The notes: a model not told the origin generated them from the sequence alone. 64,000 bases of DNA from an uncultured Desulfosarcina sp. (GCA_963674945.2 CAXXWQ010000004.1:640001-704000); one strand, 5' to 3'. Counted from the first letter of the stretch, positions 10,066 to 20,739 are shown. Numbers and translations: made by a program.

Positions 10066-10965
10066 ATGTTTGAATTCGCTACGGAACAGAAAGTATTCGA
10101 TATCGCCGGCGTCAAAGTCGGCGGCAAGCCCGGAGAGAACCCTTCCGTCATGATCGGCAGCATGTTCTTCCGCGGTCACAAGATCGTCAAGGATACCGAT
10201 AAAGGAATCTTCGATAAGGACAAAGCCAAGGCATTGCTGGACAAAGAAGAAGAATTGTCGCTGAGTACCGGCAATCCGCGCATCATCGATGTCATCGGAG
10301 ATACCGGTGAGGCATTGATCAACTATATCGAGTGGGTGGCGGCCAATACCACCTCTCCCATCCTGGTGGACTCTGCCATGCCCAAGGCACGCATGGAGGC
10401 CATCCGGCATTTTGCCGGAAGCGAGCTTATCCCCCGTCTGATCTACAATTCCATGGAGGGGCACTATAAAGAAGATGAAATGGAGTGTATCGCCGAATGC
10501 GGTATCAAGAGCGTGGTGATTCTTCCCCTGACCACCAAGGCGATCAAGCCGAAAGCCAGGTTCAAACTGCTCAAGGAGAACATGTATCCCGCGGCGAAGA
10601 AAGCTGGGCTGGAAAACTTTCTGATCGACCTTGGCATACTGGATATCCCCAGCGTCGGTTGGGCCACCCAGGCCGCCCAGCTGGTGAAAAATGAGCTTGG
10701 TTTGCCGTGGGGCTGTGCACCATCGAACGCCATTTATCTGTGGAAGAAACTGCGTGAACGCGGCACACCGGCCTTCGAAGCCACCGCATCCGTTGTTTAC
10801 GCATTACCGCTTTGCTGGGGGGGCAGCTTCATCTTTTACGGTCCGACCCGAAACGCAAAATGGTTTTATCCGGCGGCAGGGGCAGTCGATGCCATACTGG
10901 CCTACGGTGGAATGAACATGGGGCTTCGCCCCGGCCAGGATCACCCCCTCTTCAAGATTTTTTAA
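10066..10965 (+). CDS. MtrH-family methyltransferase (probable methylcorrinoid:tetrahydrofolate MT)
   Basis: MFEFATEQKVFDIAGVKVGGKPGENPSVMIGSMFFRGHKIV is the MtrH-type N-terminus; LIYNS; GCAPSNA. Confidence 0.88.
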   Translation: MFEFATEQKVFDIAGVKVGGKPGENPSVMIGSMFFRGHKIVKDTDKGIFDKDKAKALLDKEEELSLSTGNPRIIDVIGDTGEALINYIEWVAANTTSPILVDSAMPKARMEAIRHFAGSELIPRLIYNSMEGHYKEDEMECIAECGIKSVVILPLTTKAIKPKARFKLLKENMYPAAKKAGLENFLIDLGILDIPSVGWATQAAQLVKNELGLPWGCAPSNAIYLWKKLRERGTPAFEATASVVYALPLCWGGSFIFYGPTRNAKWFYPAAGAVDAILAYGGMNMGLRPGQDHPLFKIF

Positions 10966-11240
10966 AAGATTTCCTGCTACGATCAGACTCCCGGAATGCT
11001 GATCCTGCAACACAGATATCGACATTTCTCTCTTTGAGAATGGCAGTCAATACCGCCATAATGATTACGCATGAGTTCAAATAGCAGAACTTCGTTATTC
11101 CTTTATGTATGTGAGCAATTTCGCATCACTCAGTGCTGTTCCTACATTTTGTCAATTGTTGTCTCCAAATGAGAAAAGCACGAAAGGACTATAACTACGA
11201 TCAGTTACGATACTACCACATGGACGGGGGGGATATCTTC

Positions 11241-11958
11241 ATGAAAGTTAAAATCACAAGTGTGATGTTCTTCTTGTTTCTATTTTTCGGTGGACATGCT
11301 TTTGCAGCAGGCTTGAACAACGATTACATTGGACTCCGGGCAACAGGGTTTGCGAATCGGTTTTGTCACGAAAACTCCGACAACGCTGGACTTTGAAGGT
11401 GATGTGAAGATAATCGTAGTCGACCAGAACACATCGACGCTTCCAACCGGTACCGCAGTTGCAAATGACGGTTCGGCAACGTTTACGGTCGATATTCCCT
11501 GGTTCTTTCTACTCGGCGCCAGCTACCGGGTAACGCCGAAGTTGCTCGTAACCGGTGAAACCGCGTACAGGACGTGGGGCGATGTCGAGTCCAAGGAAAC
11601 AGAATATTATCAATCCTATTACGGCACAACAGCGCGCCGGGTGTCCGAAACAAATTGGATCGATAACTGGACACTCGGAGTTGGTCTCAAATATCAATTT
11701 TCCCCTAAATTCGTCGGAACGACGGGTATCGTCTCCACCACACACGCATTGGAATCCGAATACAAAACCGTGGCCTCGGGCTGTTCTGATCTGAATTACT
11801 TTAATTTTGCTGTCGGCGCAGGTTATATGATCACGGAAAAAATCGAGGCGATTTGTAGCATGTACTATTACATTGCTCAAAAAGAAACGGATCCGTCTGG
11901 AAATACGTACGAACGGTCATTGCTTGGCAGTGTATTCGGTATAAGAGGAAGTTTCTAA
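11241..11958 (+). pseudogene. Internally deleted and frameshifted FadL/OmpP1-type outer-membrane protein
   Basis: Signal peptide + AGLNNDYIGLRATG in one frame; beta-barrel C-terminal half ending in Phe in another; about half the expected length. Confidence 0.6.
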
Positions 11959-12334
11959 TATCTTAACAAATGGCACATTCCGTGTCAAAAATGTACGGAT
12001 AAGGGGCAACGCCGTTAAGGGATAAGAGTTCCCGAAACGATGCAAGCCGCCTCATCCAATTTGCCCATTAATCGCCGAAAAAGAAACCGTTGTGTCGAAC
12101 GGATATTATCGCTGAAAAAAGCTTCCGTTTCCATTCGAACAGACTTCTTTGCTTCTTGTGGATCTTATTACTGCTTTGTTTTAAAAATTCAGCACCAAGT
12201 CATCTGGTTGGCTGTCTTCAAGTCGGATGTGATACACCTGTTTACAGTCACATCATTTGAAAGACCGACGTGTTTTCGTAAACGCTAACGGGATTACTCC
12301 GTGAGGAGTGTACCGAAACAAAAAGGAGATGGAA

Positions 12335-14092
12335 ATGGCAAAATACGATGTGGTCGTTGTAGGAGCAGGACCGGCTGGTGCAGGTACGGCAATTGGGGCC
12401 GCCAAGTCGGGCCTGAAGACGTTAATGATCGAAAGAGGCAGATGGCCTGGAGAGAAAAGCCGCGCAGTATGCGCCATGTTCCGGTCTTTCGGGAACGAGC
12501 TTTTCCCCGGATTGGAAGACCTGATCCCGAAGGACAAACTTCTTTGGAACATCCATAATTTTAATCTGGCATTTGAGTATTGTCTTTATAAGAGAGGCGG
12601 ATTTGCCATGTTTCGGGCCTTGCAGCCGGATGGACCGGAGACAAAGCATCCCCACGGAATGTATATCACCTATCGGAATCAATGGGACAGGTGGTTTGCC
12701 GGGCTGGCTGTAGACGAAGGCGTGGAACTGATGACATCAACTCTCGTCGTCGATGTGCTTCGTGATGATCACGGCACGATTACTGGCGTCATCACCGACA
12801 AGGGGGAAAAAATCGATGGGACAATAACGATCGCCGCCGACGGAACCAACTCCATCGTTGCGCGAAAAGCCGGCTTGCGGCCAAAGTATCAACCCAAAGA
12901 CGTCGTCGTATACGCCCAAATGGTATATGAATTGGGACCGGATGCGCCATCGAGGGAGCCTGCCATCGTCAGCACCTACGACTTCGTGGAAACTGAACTC
13001 GTGGATGCAGAGGAAGTCGGCCCCGGCAATGCCTGGACGTACTACATTGTCCAGTCCAACGGAAAACGGTACCTACGAATTGGTGCCGGCAGCATGACAC
13101 AGCCTGGAAGTAAAATGCGTTGTTATATGCGTACCAACACCTGGTATCTGATCCAGCGGATCGGTCAGCATCCGGTTTACAAGCAATACATCGACAACGG
13201 TAAACTTGTATACCTGGATGGCCAAATCGCTCCTGCCACGTGCGACCTCGGTTCTTACGGACCAACCTATGGTGACGGCATTCTGGTGGTCGGGGACGCC
13301 GGTATCGGTACGGTCTGGCAGGGTTTTGGCGTTTTCCCTGCCTGGGAATCCGCCATAATCGCTGCCGATGTTGCAAAAAAAGCGATTGATAAAGGTGATG
13401 TATCAAAGGCGGTGCTGAAGGAGTATGAGGATAAGTGGAAGCAACGCCCCTGGTTTGCCGACGCTGCCCATGAGCCCTGGATTCATGCAAAGTGGGGTGC
13501 CGATGATGGATTCGGTCCTTTCATACGGGGACTTACGAAGGCCACGCCGGAGGTTGAACCCAGACCGGGGTATGGATATATGGATGCCCACGAGGATTAT
13601 CTGAAGGATGTTCTGGTGCCGACACTTTCCAACATGCCAAATATGTGGCCTCCCGGAGCCAAACCCCTACCCCCTGTTGACCCGGCTCCGGATCCCAAGG
13701 AGAGTGCAACGCTTTTGGAGCCGGAAAAAGAGTGGGTCGGCAAGAATCTGTCTGACAAAATCAAGGAGTGTGTCACTTTTGTTCCCGCAACGTCACAGTA
13801 TATCAGCATTGATGATACGAAGTGCATCGGCTGTGGTCTTTGCTACAAACACTGTCTCGGGGGCGTCTTTGATTTGGATGAGAAAGCCGGCAAAGCCGTC
13901 GCTTCACGAATCGAGACTTGTATGGAATGTGGTATTTGTTATATGATTTGTCCGTCCGATGCCATCAAATGGTCATACCCGGAGGGCGGCACCGGATTCG
14001 TGTTCTCCGCCCCCGGCGTTTCTTACTGGGACGAGGAAACAGATGTAATTTCTACGGGAGGTAGGCCGGTACCGCCTTCCCAACAGAAATGA
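12335..14092 (+). CDS. FixC/geranylgeranyl-reductase family flavoprotein fused to a FixX-like ferredoxin
   Basis: YDVVVVGAGPAG, IAADGTNS, LVVGDAG; C-terminal CIGCGLCYKHC and CMECGICYMICP..WSYPEGGTG. Confidence 0.85.
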   Translation: MAKYDVVVVGAGPAGAGTAIGAAKSGLKTLMIERGRWPGEKSRAVCAMFRSFGNELFPGLEDLIPKDKLLWNIHNFNLAFEYCLYKRGGFAMFRALQPDGPETKHPHGMYITYRNQWDRWFAGLAVDEGVELMTSTLVVDVLRDDHGTITGVITDKGEKIDGTITIAADGTNSIVARKAGLRPKYQPKDVVVYAQMVYELGPDAPSREPAIVSTYDFVETELVDAEEVGPGNAWTYYIVQSNGKRYLRIGAGSMTQPGSKMRCYMRTNTWYLIQRIGQHPVYKQYIDNGKLVYLDGQIAPATCDLGSYGPTYGDGILVVGDAGIGTVWQGFGVFPAWESAIIAADVAKKAIDKGDVSKAVLKEYEDKWKQRPWFADAAHEPWIHAKWGADDGFGPFIRGLTKATPEVEPRPGYGYMDAHEDYLKDVLVPTLSNMPNMWPPGAKPLPPVDPAPDPKESATLLEPEKEWVGKNLSDKIKECVTFVPATSQYISIDDTKCIGCGLCYKHCLGGVFDLDEKAGKAVASRIETCMECGICYMICPSDAIKWSYPEGGTGFVFSAPGVSYWDEETDVISTGGRPVPPSQQK

Positions 14093-14167
14093 TGAGTTCG
14101 AAACGATTCTTCAAAATAGAAGCAATTGATAGTAATCGGCTTACGTCTATTTACATGAGGAAAATTT

Positions 14168-14743
14168 ATGATGAGTGATACAAAACGAAATCTGGCTGCG
14201 CCTTGCGGGCTGTATTGCGGTGCCTGTATGATATACCGCGCCAACAAACGGGGAGAATCCGAGACGATCGACCAGATGAAAAAGCAGGTCGCAAAGCGTA
14301 TGGACCAGTTGGATGAAACCGGTCATATCCCCGGTATGCCGCCACCGGCAGAAGGATTCGACCTTTCCCAGCTAAAAAAGGAAGTTGAGGAGGGGCAAGA
14401 GTATATGTGTTGCGAGGGATGCCTCTCTGAAGTGGTCGCTCTCCCCTGTCGAATCTGTGGTTTTCGTTCATGCGCTCAAAAAAAAGGGATAACAAATTGT
14501 TCAAAGTGCCCGGATATGCCTTGCAAGTGGGTGATCGATTTTAAAAATGACGGAATACCGCACCATGCCGATGTTGTAAACAGCCTCGAAAGACAAAAGG
14601 AGATTGGAATCGACGCCTGGATTGCCGAGCAAGAGGCAAAATGGCGCTGTGCCCATTGCGGCTGTCAGCTGGCTTGGTATGATGCCAAATGTCCGGATTG
14701 CGGCGCTGCTCAGAAACAAACCTACGGTACTTCTCCATTTTAA
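14168..14743 (+). CDS. Cys-rich DUF3795-like protein
   Basis: APCGLYCGAC, CEGC, CRICGFRSCA, CSKCPDMPC, terminal Zn-ribbon-like Cys pairs. Confidence 0.75.
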   Translation: MMSDTKRNLAAPCGLYCGACMIYRANKRGESETIDQMKKQVAKRMDQLDETGHIPGMPPPAEGFDLSQLKKEVEEGQEYMCCEGCLSEVVALPCRICGFRSCAQKKGITNCSKCPDMPCKWVIDFKNDGIPHHADVVNSLERQKEIGIDAWIAEQEAKWRCAHCGCQLAWYDAKCPDCGAAQKQTYGTSPF

Positions 14744-14794
14744 TATTCGGTTCTCTGATTCTTCTGAGAACAGCGTAAAAAAACGAATAGAACG

Positions 14795-14835
14795 AAAGAA
14801 GCCGCGGCTGTCGAATGACAACCGCGGCTTCTTTT
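14795..14835. terminator. Bidirectional intrinsic terminator
   Basis: aaagaagccgcggctgtc-gaat-gacaaccgcggcttctttt between convergent genes. Confidence 0.8.
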
Positions 14836-14853
14836 ACAGTGAATAGCAGATAA

Positions 14854-15543
14854 CTATTTGTTTCTCTCTACCCACCGTGCCATTTTACCGTCGAAAATCG
14901 CTTTTACCTTATCCAGCGCCTCAAAAGCGGTTTCGCCATAAGTGTCGGCGCCAATCTCGTCACACCACTCGGGCGTCATGCCCCAGCCGCCGGTGATATA
15001 GATCACGTCGTCTCTGACGCCGGCTTCGACCATTGCCTTGTGGATGACCCCGCAATAGGGTGTTACCGGACCGATGATGGCAGATGCGCCTACGATATCG
15101 GGCTTGTACTTCTTGATCGCTGCGACAAAATCGTCGGCAGACTTGTTCTCGCCAATGTCGATGGACTTGATGCCTGCCCCGGAAAAGAAGGCGGAAACGA
15201 TTCTCTTGCCGACATTGTGAAGATCACCCTCCACCGTGCCGATGATCATCACCTTATCCTCCGGCTTCCGATTCGTGATGGAGGCTTCGACATCCGCCGT
15301 CGGAAGCAATGTCTCCATGGCGTCGTTCATGATCTGTCCGGATATCATAAGGTCACTCATGAACCGATCATTGGCCTCGTACTCATCACCGATGATGGTC
15401 AGCCCGGGGCTTAACCCCTTAACGATAACATCCAAGGCTGGAATATCGGCATCCATACACTCCTTAACCAACTCTTTGACCAAATCATCATCCAGATCGA
15501 TGATCGCCTCTTTTATTTTCTCAAGTATTTCTTCATTTGCCAT
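14854..15543 (-). CDS. Methyltransferase cognate corrinoid protein
   Basis: GTVEGDLHNVGK; close paralog of 46248-46937. Confidence 0.92.
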   Translation of the reverse strand: MANEEILEKIKEAIIDLDDDLVKELVKECMDADIPALDVIVKGLSPGLTIIGDEYEANDRFMSDLMISGQIMNDAMETLLPTADVEASITNRKPEDKVMIIGTVEGDLHNVGKRIVSAFFSGAGIKSIDIGENKSADDFVAAIKKYKPDIVGASAIIGPVTPYCGVIHKAMVEAGVRDDVIYITGGWGMTPEWCDEIGADTYGETAFEALDKVKAIFDGKMARWVERNK

Positions 15544-15563
15544 TTGGTTCACACCCTTTTATT

Positions 15564-15717
15564 TTGATGCTCTCGTAAAAAGTCGCTGTTCAGACGGATT
15601 CGTAAAAAGCCCGAGATCAAGGCTTGCGAATCCTGAGAAATGAGGCGTATTTACGATACTCCACAGTGACGAAGGGTGAAGCGTAACGCCGATATCGGAC
15701 TTTTTAGGAATCCGTCT
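15564..15717. mobile_element. MITE-like element (same TIR family as 8862) with a doubled left end
   Basis: TTGATGCTCTCGTAAAAAGTC then AGACGGATTCGTAAAAAGCCCGA ... TCGGACTTTTTAGGAATCCGTCT (21/23 match). Confidence 0.65.
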
Positions 15718-15745
15718 ATTTTAATTCGGCTATAAACCCTTGATT

Positions 15746-16993
15746 CTACTCGTACCTTCCGTATTTCTTGATGGCGTCGATACAGGCTTTGGAATGCTCC
15801 GGCGGCGTAAAGTATGTCGGAACACCTACCGGAAAAAATTTGGGCATGTGCTTGTACTTCAAGACGAGTTCTTTGTTTGCTGCATCGATTTCGGATATGG
15901 GTCCATTTTCCAGGATCTCGTCTTTGATCGACATCTGACAATAACACTCGTGTTCGTGCATCCAATTGGCCGCTTTGTCCGGATCCGCCTCGCCCCAAGA
16001 TCCCAACACGCCGTTGTATCGCTCACCGGCCGGTCCAAGTCCACCATGTTCCCACATAATGGGATATGCTCTCAACGCACCGGTCATATACCCATGGCCA
16101 TAGCTTAAATGTATCGGTCTTCCCAGTCTTTCTTTCGCATACTGGCTCCAGTTTTCTCCAACTTGCCTGTAGTAATCTACAATCCATTCGTTGCCACGCA
16201 ACGGAAATGAGTCCCAGAGCTCTCACGTGTATATCGCATCGGGTTCGACAATATCGATAAACGCCTTGCCGTATCGGGTAAGCCATTCTACTGCTAACTC
16301 ACAGCATCTCTTGACCAGTTCAGGAGCCTTGCGCAGGCTCATGGCAAACTTCTCAAAACCCAGCATCCCCATCATTGGCAACAAGACCGGACCGACGCAC
16401 AAAGAGCCCCATATCGGATGAGGGACGTCATATTTCGCAAAAATTCGCTTTATCTCCCGATAGGCCCAGATATACCCCGGATACAACCCATCCTTCAGTG
16501 GGTCGGCGACTTCCACACCTTCCAGGTCGTCCATCGATTTGATAGGAGGCTCACCTTCCAGAACAGGGTTGCCGAAATCGATCATCTTCGATTGGCCACC
16601 CCACAGATCCTCACCATAGGTGATCGCGTGATAAGGTCCGACATCCGGTGCAAATCGGGCAATGGATGCCAGCATTGCTTTTACCCACAGCTTCGGGTAC
16701 TGGTAAATGTCGACAGGAATCAACGCATCCCTGTGACCATCATAGGTTCTTGCGGTATGGGGTGGACCTCCCCACAACGTAGTCGCCATGCGGTCCTTGT
16801 CTTTTCCCCACAACATCGCGTTAAACCGCTCTTTCGGGGTCATTCCCCCTTCTGCCGCAATGTCTTTGAGGATCTTTTGGCAATAGCGCTCGATCTCCAG
16901 TTCTTCTTCCCGACTCCACTCGAAATCGAGATCTTCGAATGGTGTGTCATACCAATAGGGAGTGGGTTGGATTGGCTTTCTTCCCGGCCACAT
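15746..16993 (-). CDS. UROD/MtaA-fold corrinoid methyltransferase, candidate selenoprotein (TGA 16225-16223, codon 257)
   Basis: ORFs 16223-16993 and 15746-16201 are one frame: PDAIYT*ELWDSFPLRGNEW; joined length 415 aa equals the Cys paralog at 49110; downstream hairpin. Confidence 0.85.
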
Positions 16994-17152
16994 AACGGAT
17001 TACCTCCTTTATTTTTAATGGTTCTTATGATTTTTTATTGCGGAAAAGATACTTTGTTAAAAACATGAATGTTCAGCTTTGATTGTTCTTAGTAAAAACA
17101 TATTGTTGGCGGACAATCAGTGATAGCGATTGCTGAAATTCTTATCATAGAA

Positions 17153-17199
17153 AATTCCACGATGTCAAGTTGAATAATGGTATGATTGGAAATATTCCA
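17153..17199 (-). promoter_or_regulatory. Composite operator/promoter upstream of the Sec methyltransferase
   Basis: Minus strand TGGAATATTTCCA-N17-CTTGACA-N3-TGGAATT. Confidence 0.75.
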
Positions 17200-17383
17200 C
17201 ACTTGTACAACCGCCAATACGAGACGATGAATAAATTACGAAACCACCATTATGATTTACCTTTTAATCAATATTGTATATGGTATAGATCGTTTTGACT
17301 GGATTGATATTCGATTCAGGCATCAATCATAACGAATTATCCCAATAAAGATAGGCTTGGCGAATGTGAGGAGCGGACTCGAC

Positions 17384-17926
17384 ATGTCAGATACAATGAA
17401 AAGACAAAAAGATATTGAAAAGGTGGCAAAAATCACGTCGGACCAACTACTCAAATCTTGGTTGGTAATCGATGACATGTTGCCCAAACGGCTTCAGCCC
17501 ATCAGGGATGAGCTGAAGCATCGGCGAACCAGATCAGGAAAGGGAACAAGGCTCTCCACGAATTTTATGATGTTTACCTGCACCGCAGGAATTCTGGATC
17601 GTGATGGCGCAATGACAATGGGCCAACTCTGCAAAGCCACCTCAATACCCCAAAGCACCGCTACCCGGATGGTTGATTGGATGGTCGACAACGGTTACGT
17701 TGAAAGGTTCCATGATGCCGAAGACAGACGTGTCGTTCGCATACGACTGACCGACAGCGGCCGTGAACTTCTGCTGGATGCCAGAGAACAATTAAGGGAA
17801 CTCATCGCCACCATCGTTAAGCACGTTCCTGCAATACAACGGACAGCACTTTTCTTTATGATGACGGACCTTGCCAGCGCATGGAATAGTATCTACGAGG
17901 AACAGATCGCCTCCGAAGAAGCGTAA
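17384..17926 (+). CDS. MarR family transcriptional regulator (paralog 2; start uncertain)
   Basis: Very similar to 2607-3140, with the same recognition helix SIPQSTATRMVDW. Confidence 0.9.
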   Translation: MSDTMKRQKDIEKVAKITSDQLLKSWLVIDDMLPKRLQPIRDELKHRRTRSGKGTRLSTNFMMFTCTAGILDRDGAMTMGQLCKATSIPQSTATRMVDWMVDNGYVERFHDAEDRRVVRIRLTDSGRELLLDAREQLRELIATIVKHVPAIQRTALFFMMTDLASAWNSIYEEQIASEEA

Positions 17927-18408
17927 AATATAGCATAGGCACTTTCTTTCGATACAAATGGCATCCTGGACGCAAGGCCCCCGCTGTCCATACGGCATGG
18001 TAGTTCCATAGATTATGATAAACCATCGAAGGCCTTGCCGGAGAACTGCGCCATGATCGCTGTTGCCGCTTTAGGGATACCGTAAAAACGAACTGTCTCC
18101 TCATTCAAGCCTTACAAAAAGAACGACGGCCGGCTATTATATTGCTTATTGAAAGACACCTTACGGCACTGCCAATCCATTGCCATTGCCAGCACAAACA
18201 CCCGCCACACTGCATTCAAACATCGGCGATGTCCGTCGCTCAGATCTGATTCTGCCAGCCTATTGTGAGGTTACGAAGCAGGTATTCGATAAACCTTGTG
18301 TCTCAGGCGAAATCGTTTTGCCTTCTCTTCTTTTTAAGTCTCTTATCCGATGGCATTCTGCTTGATTATCGCTATATATTTCCAACCAATAGATATTTTT
18401 TCGTATTA

Positions 18409-18455
18409 TGGAATATTTCCATTTAACTACATTATTAACTTGACATTATGGAATT
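18409..18455 (+). promoter_or_regulatory. Composite operator/promoter upstream of the second glcD-like operon
   Basis: TGGAATATTTCCA-N17-CTTGACA-N3-TGGAATT. Confidence 0.7.
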
Positions 18456-18500
18456 AATTATGGTTTACCCAATAATTATGATTCACCTAACGTAAGCGCA

Positions 18501-19120
18501 GTCATGACCGGCAGCAAAGCTATCGGCTTGATCTCTAAAACGCGCAAAACTTTAATTTCAGAAACCACCAACGGTGGCATCGCTTTCTTCGAATACTGTA
18601 GTTGATCGAGTCTTCGGTCTTCCTTGTCCTGCTCTTTGATATATTTTTGGATCGCTTTCTCTCTTCGAACCACCGTGGATACATGGTAGCCCCTGGCTCA
18701 GAATTGCCGACGGATTTGGTCTCTCTTCCGGCCCATTGTAAACGCGTGCAATATGGATGGCACTCTTTCTTTTCAGATAGCCGATGCCCCGCGAACTGGC
18801 GTATTTGGGTAGTATGGATACCGACATGTGAACATGAACCGCATCAAGTGATCTTTTAGAATGAAACGCTACTTCTGCTTCGCCGAGTTCCGAATACCTT
18901 ACCCAAATACTTTCTTTCTTCGCCATGAACAATCTTCCATCGGCCTTTTGGATTTCAAGTGGCGTGGTGACTGCTTTCCCAATTTTGGTGTTGTAATGAT
19001 CGTAAAACACATGAAAACCGATCTGTCCGTTGCGCTTTGAACGGCTGATGTGATGAGAGGTTTTCTACCAACACCGGAAATACAAAACATGGATGGTCCC
19101 CCGGCAAAGCCGGGGGTTTA
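18501..19120 (-). mobile_element. tnpA: Degenerate IS200-family element (tnpA Y1 transposase pseudogene)
   Basis: HUH motif HVHM, ILPKYA..IGYLKRKSAIHIAR, frameshifted C-terminus IQKYIKEQ; end hairpin CCCCCGGC-AAA-GCCGGGGG at 19098-19116. Confidence 0.8.
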
Positions 19121-19293
19121 TCCAATATCAATTATAATAAGCTCATCAAAAAGTCAGTAAATTAGGTTTTTTGCACAATATGTAATTTCATATGGTTTCA
19201 GAGTCCTAAAACAATAATTTCGACTGTTTACTGTTGTCAATTGGGAAAAATGCAATCAAAAACAATCTTTTACCAGGTAGGAGGAACTTTTAC

Positions 19294-20733
19294 ATGGCCG
19301 TATCATTTCATAAAGCACATCACCCGCTGTATTATGATCTTGCGGGGATAGTCGGTCCGGACTATGTCTCCGACGAGGACTTCGTGCTGGAGACCTACAG
19401 CAAAGACACCAGTTATTTGCCACCAAACAAACAGGGCGTTGTGGCACGCCCCGAAAGTACCGATCAGGTGCAGGATATCGTCAAGCTGGCCAATACGACC
19501 AAGATTCCCATCGTCATCAGCGGTGGAAGAGCTTCCTTCTACGGCACGCCCAAAGGATTGCACGGGAGGGCCATCGTAGTCGATATGACCCGAATGAGAA
19601 AAATGCTGGATATCGACGAGGAGAACCTGGTTGCGACTGCCGAAGCCGGCATGACCATTGCTGAGTTAACCACGCATCTCTGGGATGCTGGCTGGGATTG
19701 TCATACTGCGCTTCAGCCCTGGTATTCGGATACGATCGGCGGGCAGATCGCCGGTTTCGCCGGCGGCGGCGCCGGACTGGAACTGGCATATGCCGGATTC
19801 AATGCCATTCATATCCCCGGGGTAAAAGTGGTTCTCGGAAATGGCGAAGTGGTTCAAACCGGAGCCGGGGCCGGATGTAATATCATGAACAAGATGGTTT
19901 ACGATCCCTATCCCGGAACGCCGAATCTCGGGGGGATGTTCATGGGCTCTGCCGGAACCTTCGGGATTGTAACCGAAGCGACGTATCGGATGTACAGGCT
20001 CTCGCCCCATAAGGTTTCATACGGATACTTTTACGACAGCTTCGATGACGCCTGGGAGGCGATCAAGGAAATCAGTGTCGTAGAGCCCCTTCCTTACATG
20101 ACCGTTGCCCTTATTCCACCGACTCAACTGACGGAGATGCAGGGCATGAACAGATATCTCGTTCCCATGGTTTCCAAAGGGTGGACGGAAGAGGAAGCAA
20201 AACTCAAGGAAAGAATCTGCAGAGAGATACATGAGAAGCACGGGGGCGAGGTCGCCAAGGGGGGAATCGTTGACGAATGGTTGCACCACGTTCTGACCGG
20301 TCAACGGTACAGGGAGATGGGCGAGTTCGGTACGCCGGGCACATGGTCTTTCTTTGAATATTATGCTTCCCGTTCCCAAACCGCGGACTGCCATTACAAA
20401 ATGAAGAAGTTCATCTATGACAGGCTTAAAAAGCATGATATCAAGCATGTGTCAAACGAGGGCTGCGTTGCCACCGGTTCCGCCGCCTGGATCCTTACAT
20501 TCATCATATGGGTCGAGGGAGAAGATGAGAAATCACGGCAAGTGATGCAGGATCTTTTTTCCGATGCCACCGAATATGCCTGTTCCAACGGCTGGTATCC
20601 TGATTGCCATCAGGGCTGGGGTACCCGCTGCATGGCCAAGTACTGGCCCACACATCATTATGAGTTCATGAAGACGCTCAAAAAGGCGATGGACCCGAAC
20701 AGCATCATGAACCCCGGTGTCTGGAATCTATAG
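19294..20733 (+). CDS. GlcD-like FAD-binding oxidoreductase
   Basis: GGAGG RBS; ARPESTDQV, DTIGGQI, GTFGIVTEAT, MDPNSIMNPG. Confidence 0.9.
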   Translation: MAVSFHKAHHPLYYDLAGIVGPDYVSDEDFVLETYSKDTSYLPPNKQGVVARPESTDQVQDIVKLANTTKIPIVISGGRASFYGTPKGLHGRAIVVDMTRMRKMLDIDEENLVATAEAGMTIAELTTHLWDAGWDCHTALQPWYSDTIGGQIAGFAGGGAGLELAYAGFNAIHIPGVKVVLGNGEVVQTGAGAGCNIMNKMVYDPYPGTPNLGGMFMGSAGTFGIVTEATYRMYRLSPHKVSYGYFYDSFDDAWEAIKEISVVEPLPYMTVALIPPTQLTEMQGMNRYLVPMVSKGWTEEEAKLKERICREIHEKHGGEVAKGGIVDEWLHHVLTGQRYREMGEFGTPGTWSFFEYYASRSQTADCHYKMKKFIYDRLKKHDIKHVSNEGCVATGSAAWILTFIIWVEGEDEKSRQVMQDLFSDATEYACSNGWYPDCHQGWGTRCMAKYWPTHHYEFMKTLKKAMDPNSIMNPGVWNL

Positions 20734-20739
20734 TAAGAG

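Noticed and set aside
15746..16201. Treating the downstream halves (also 46995-47456 and 50454-50915) as separate genes or the loci as pseudogenes
   Set aside because: They have TTG starts without a clear RBS, are in frame with the upstream half, and the TGA aligns with Cys in paralogs
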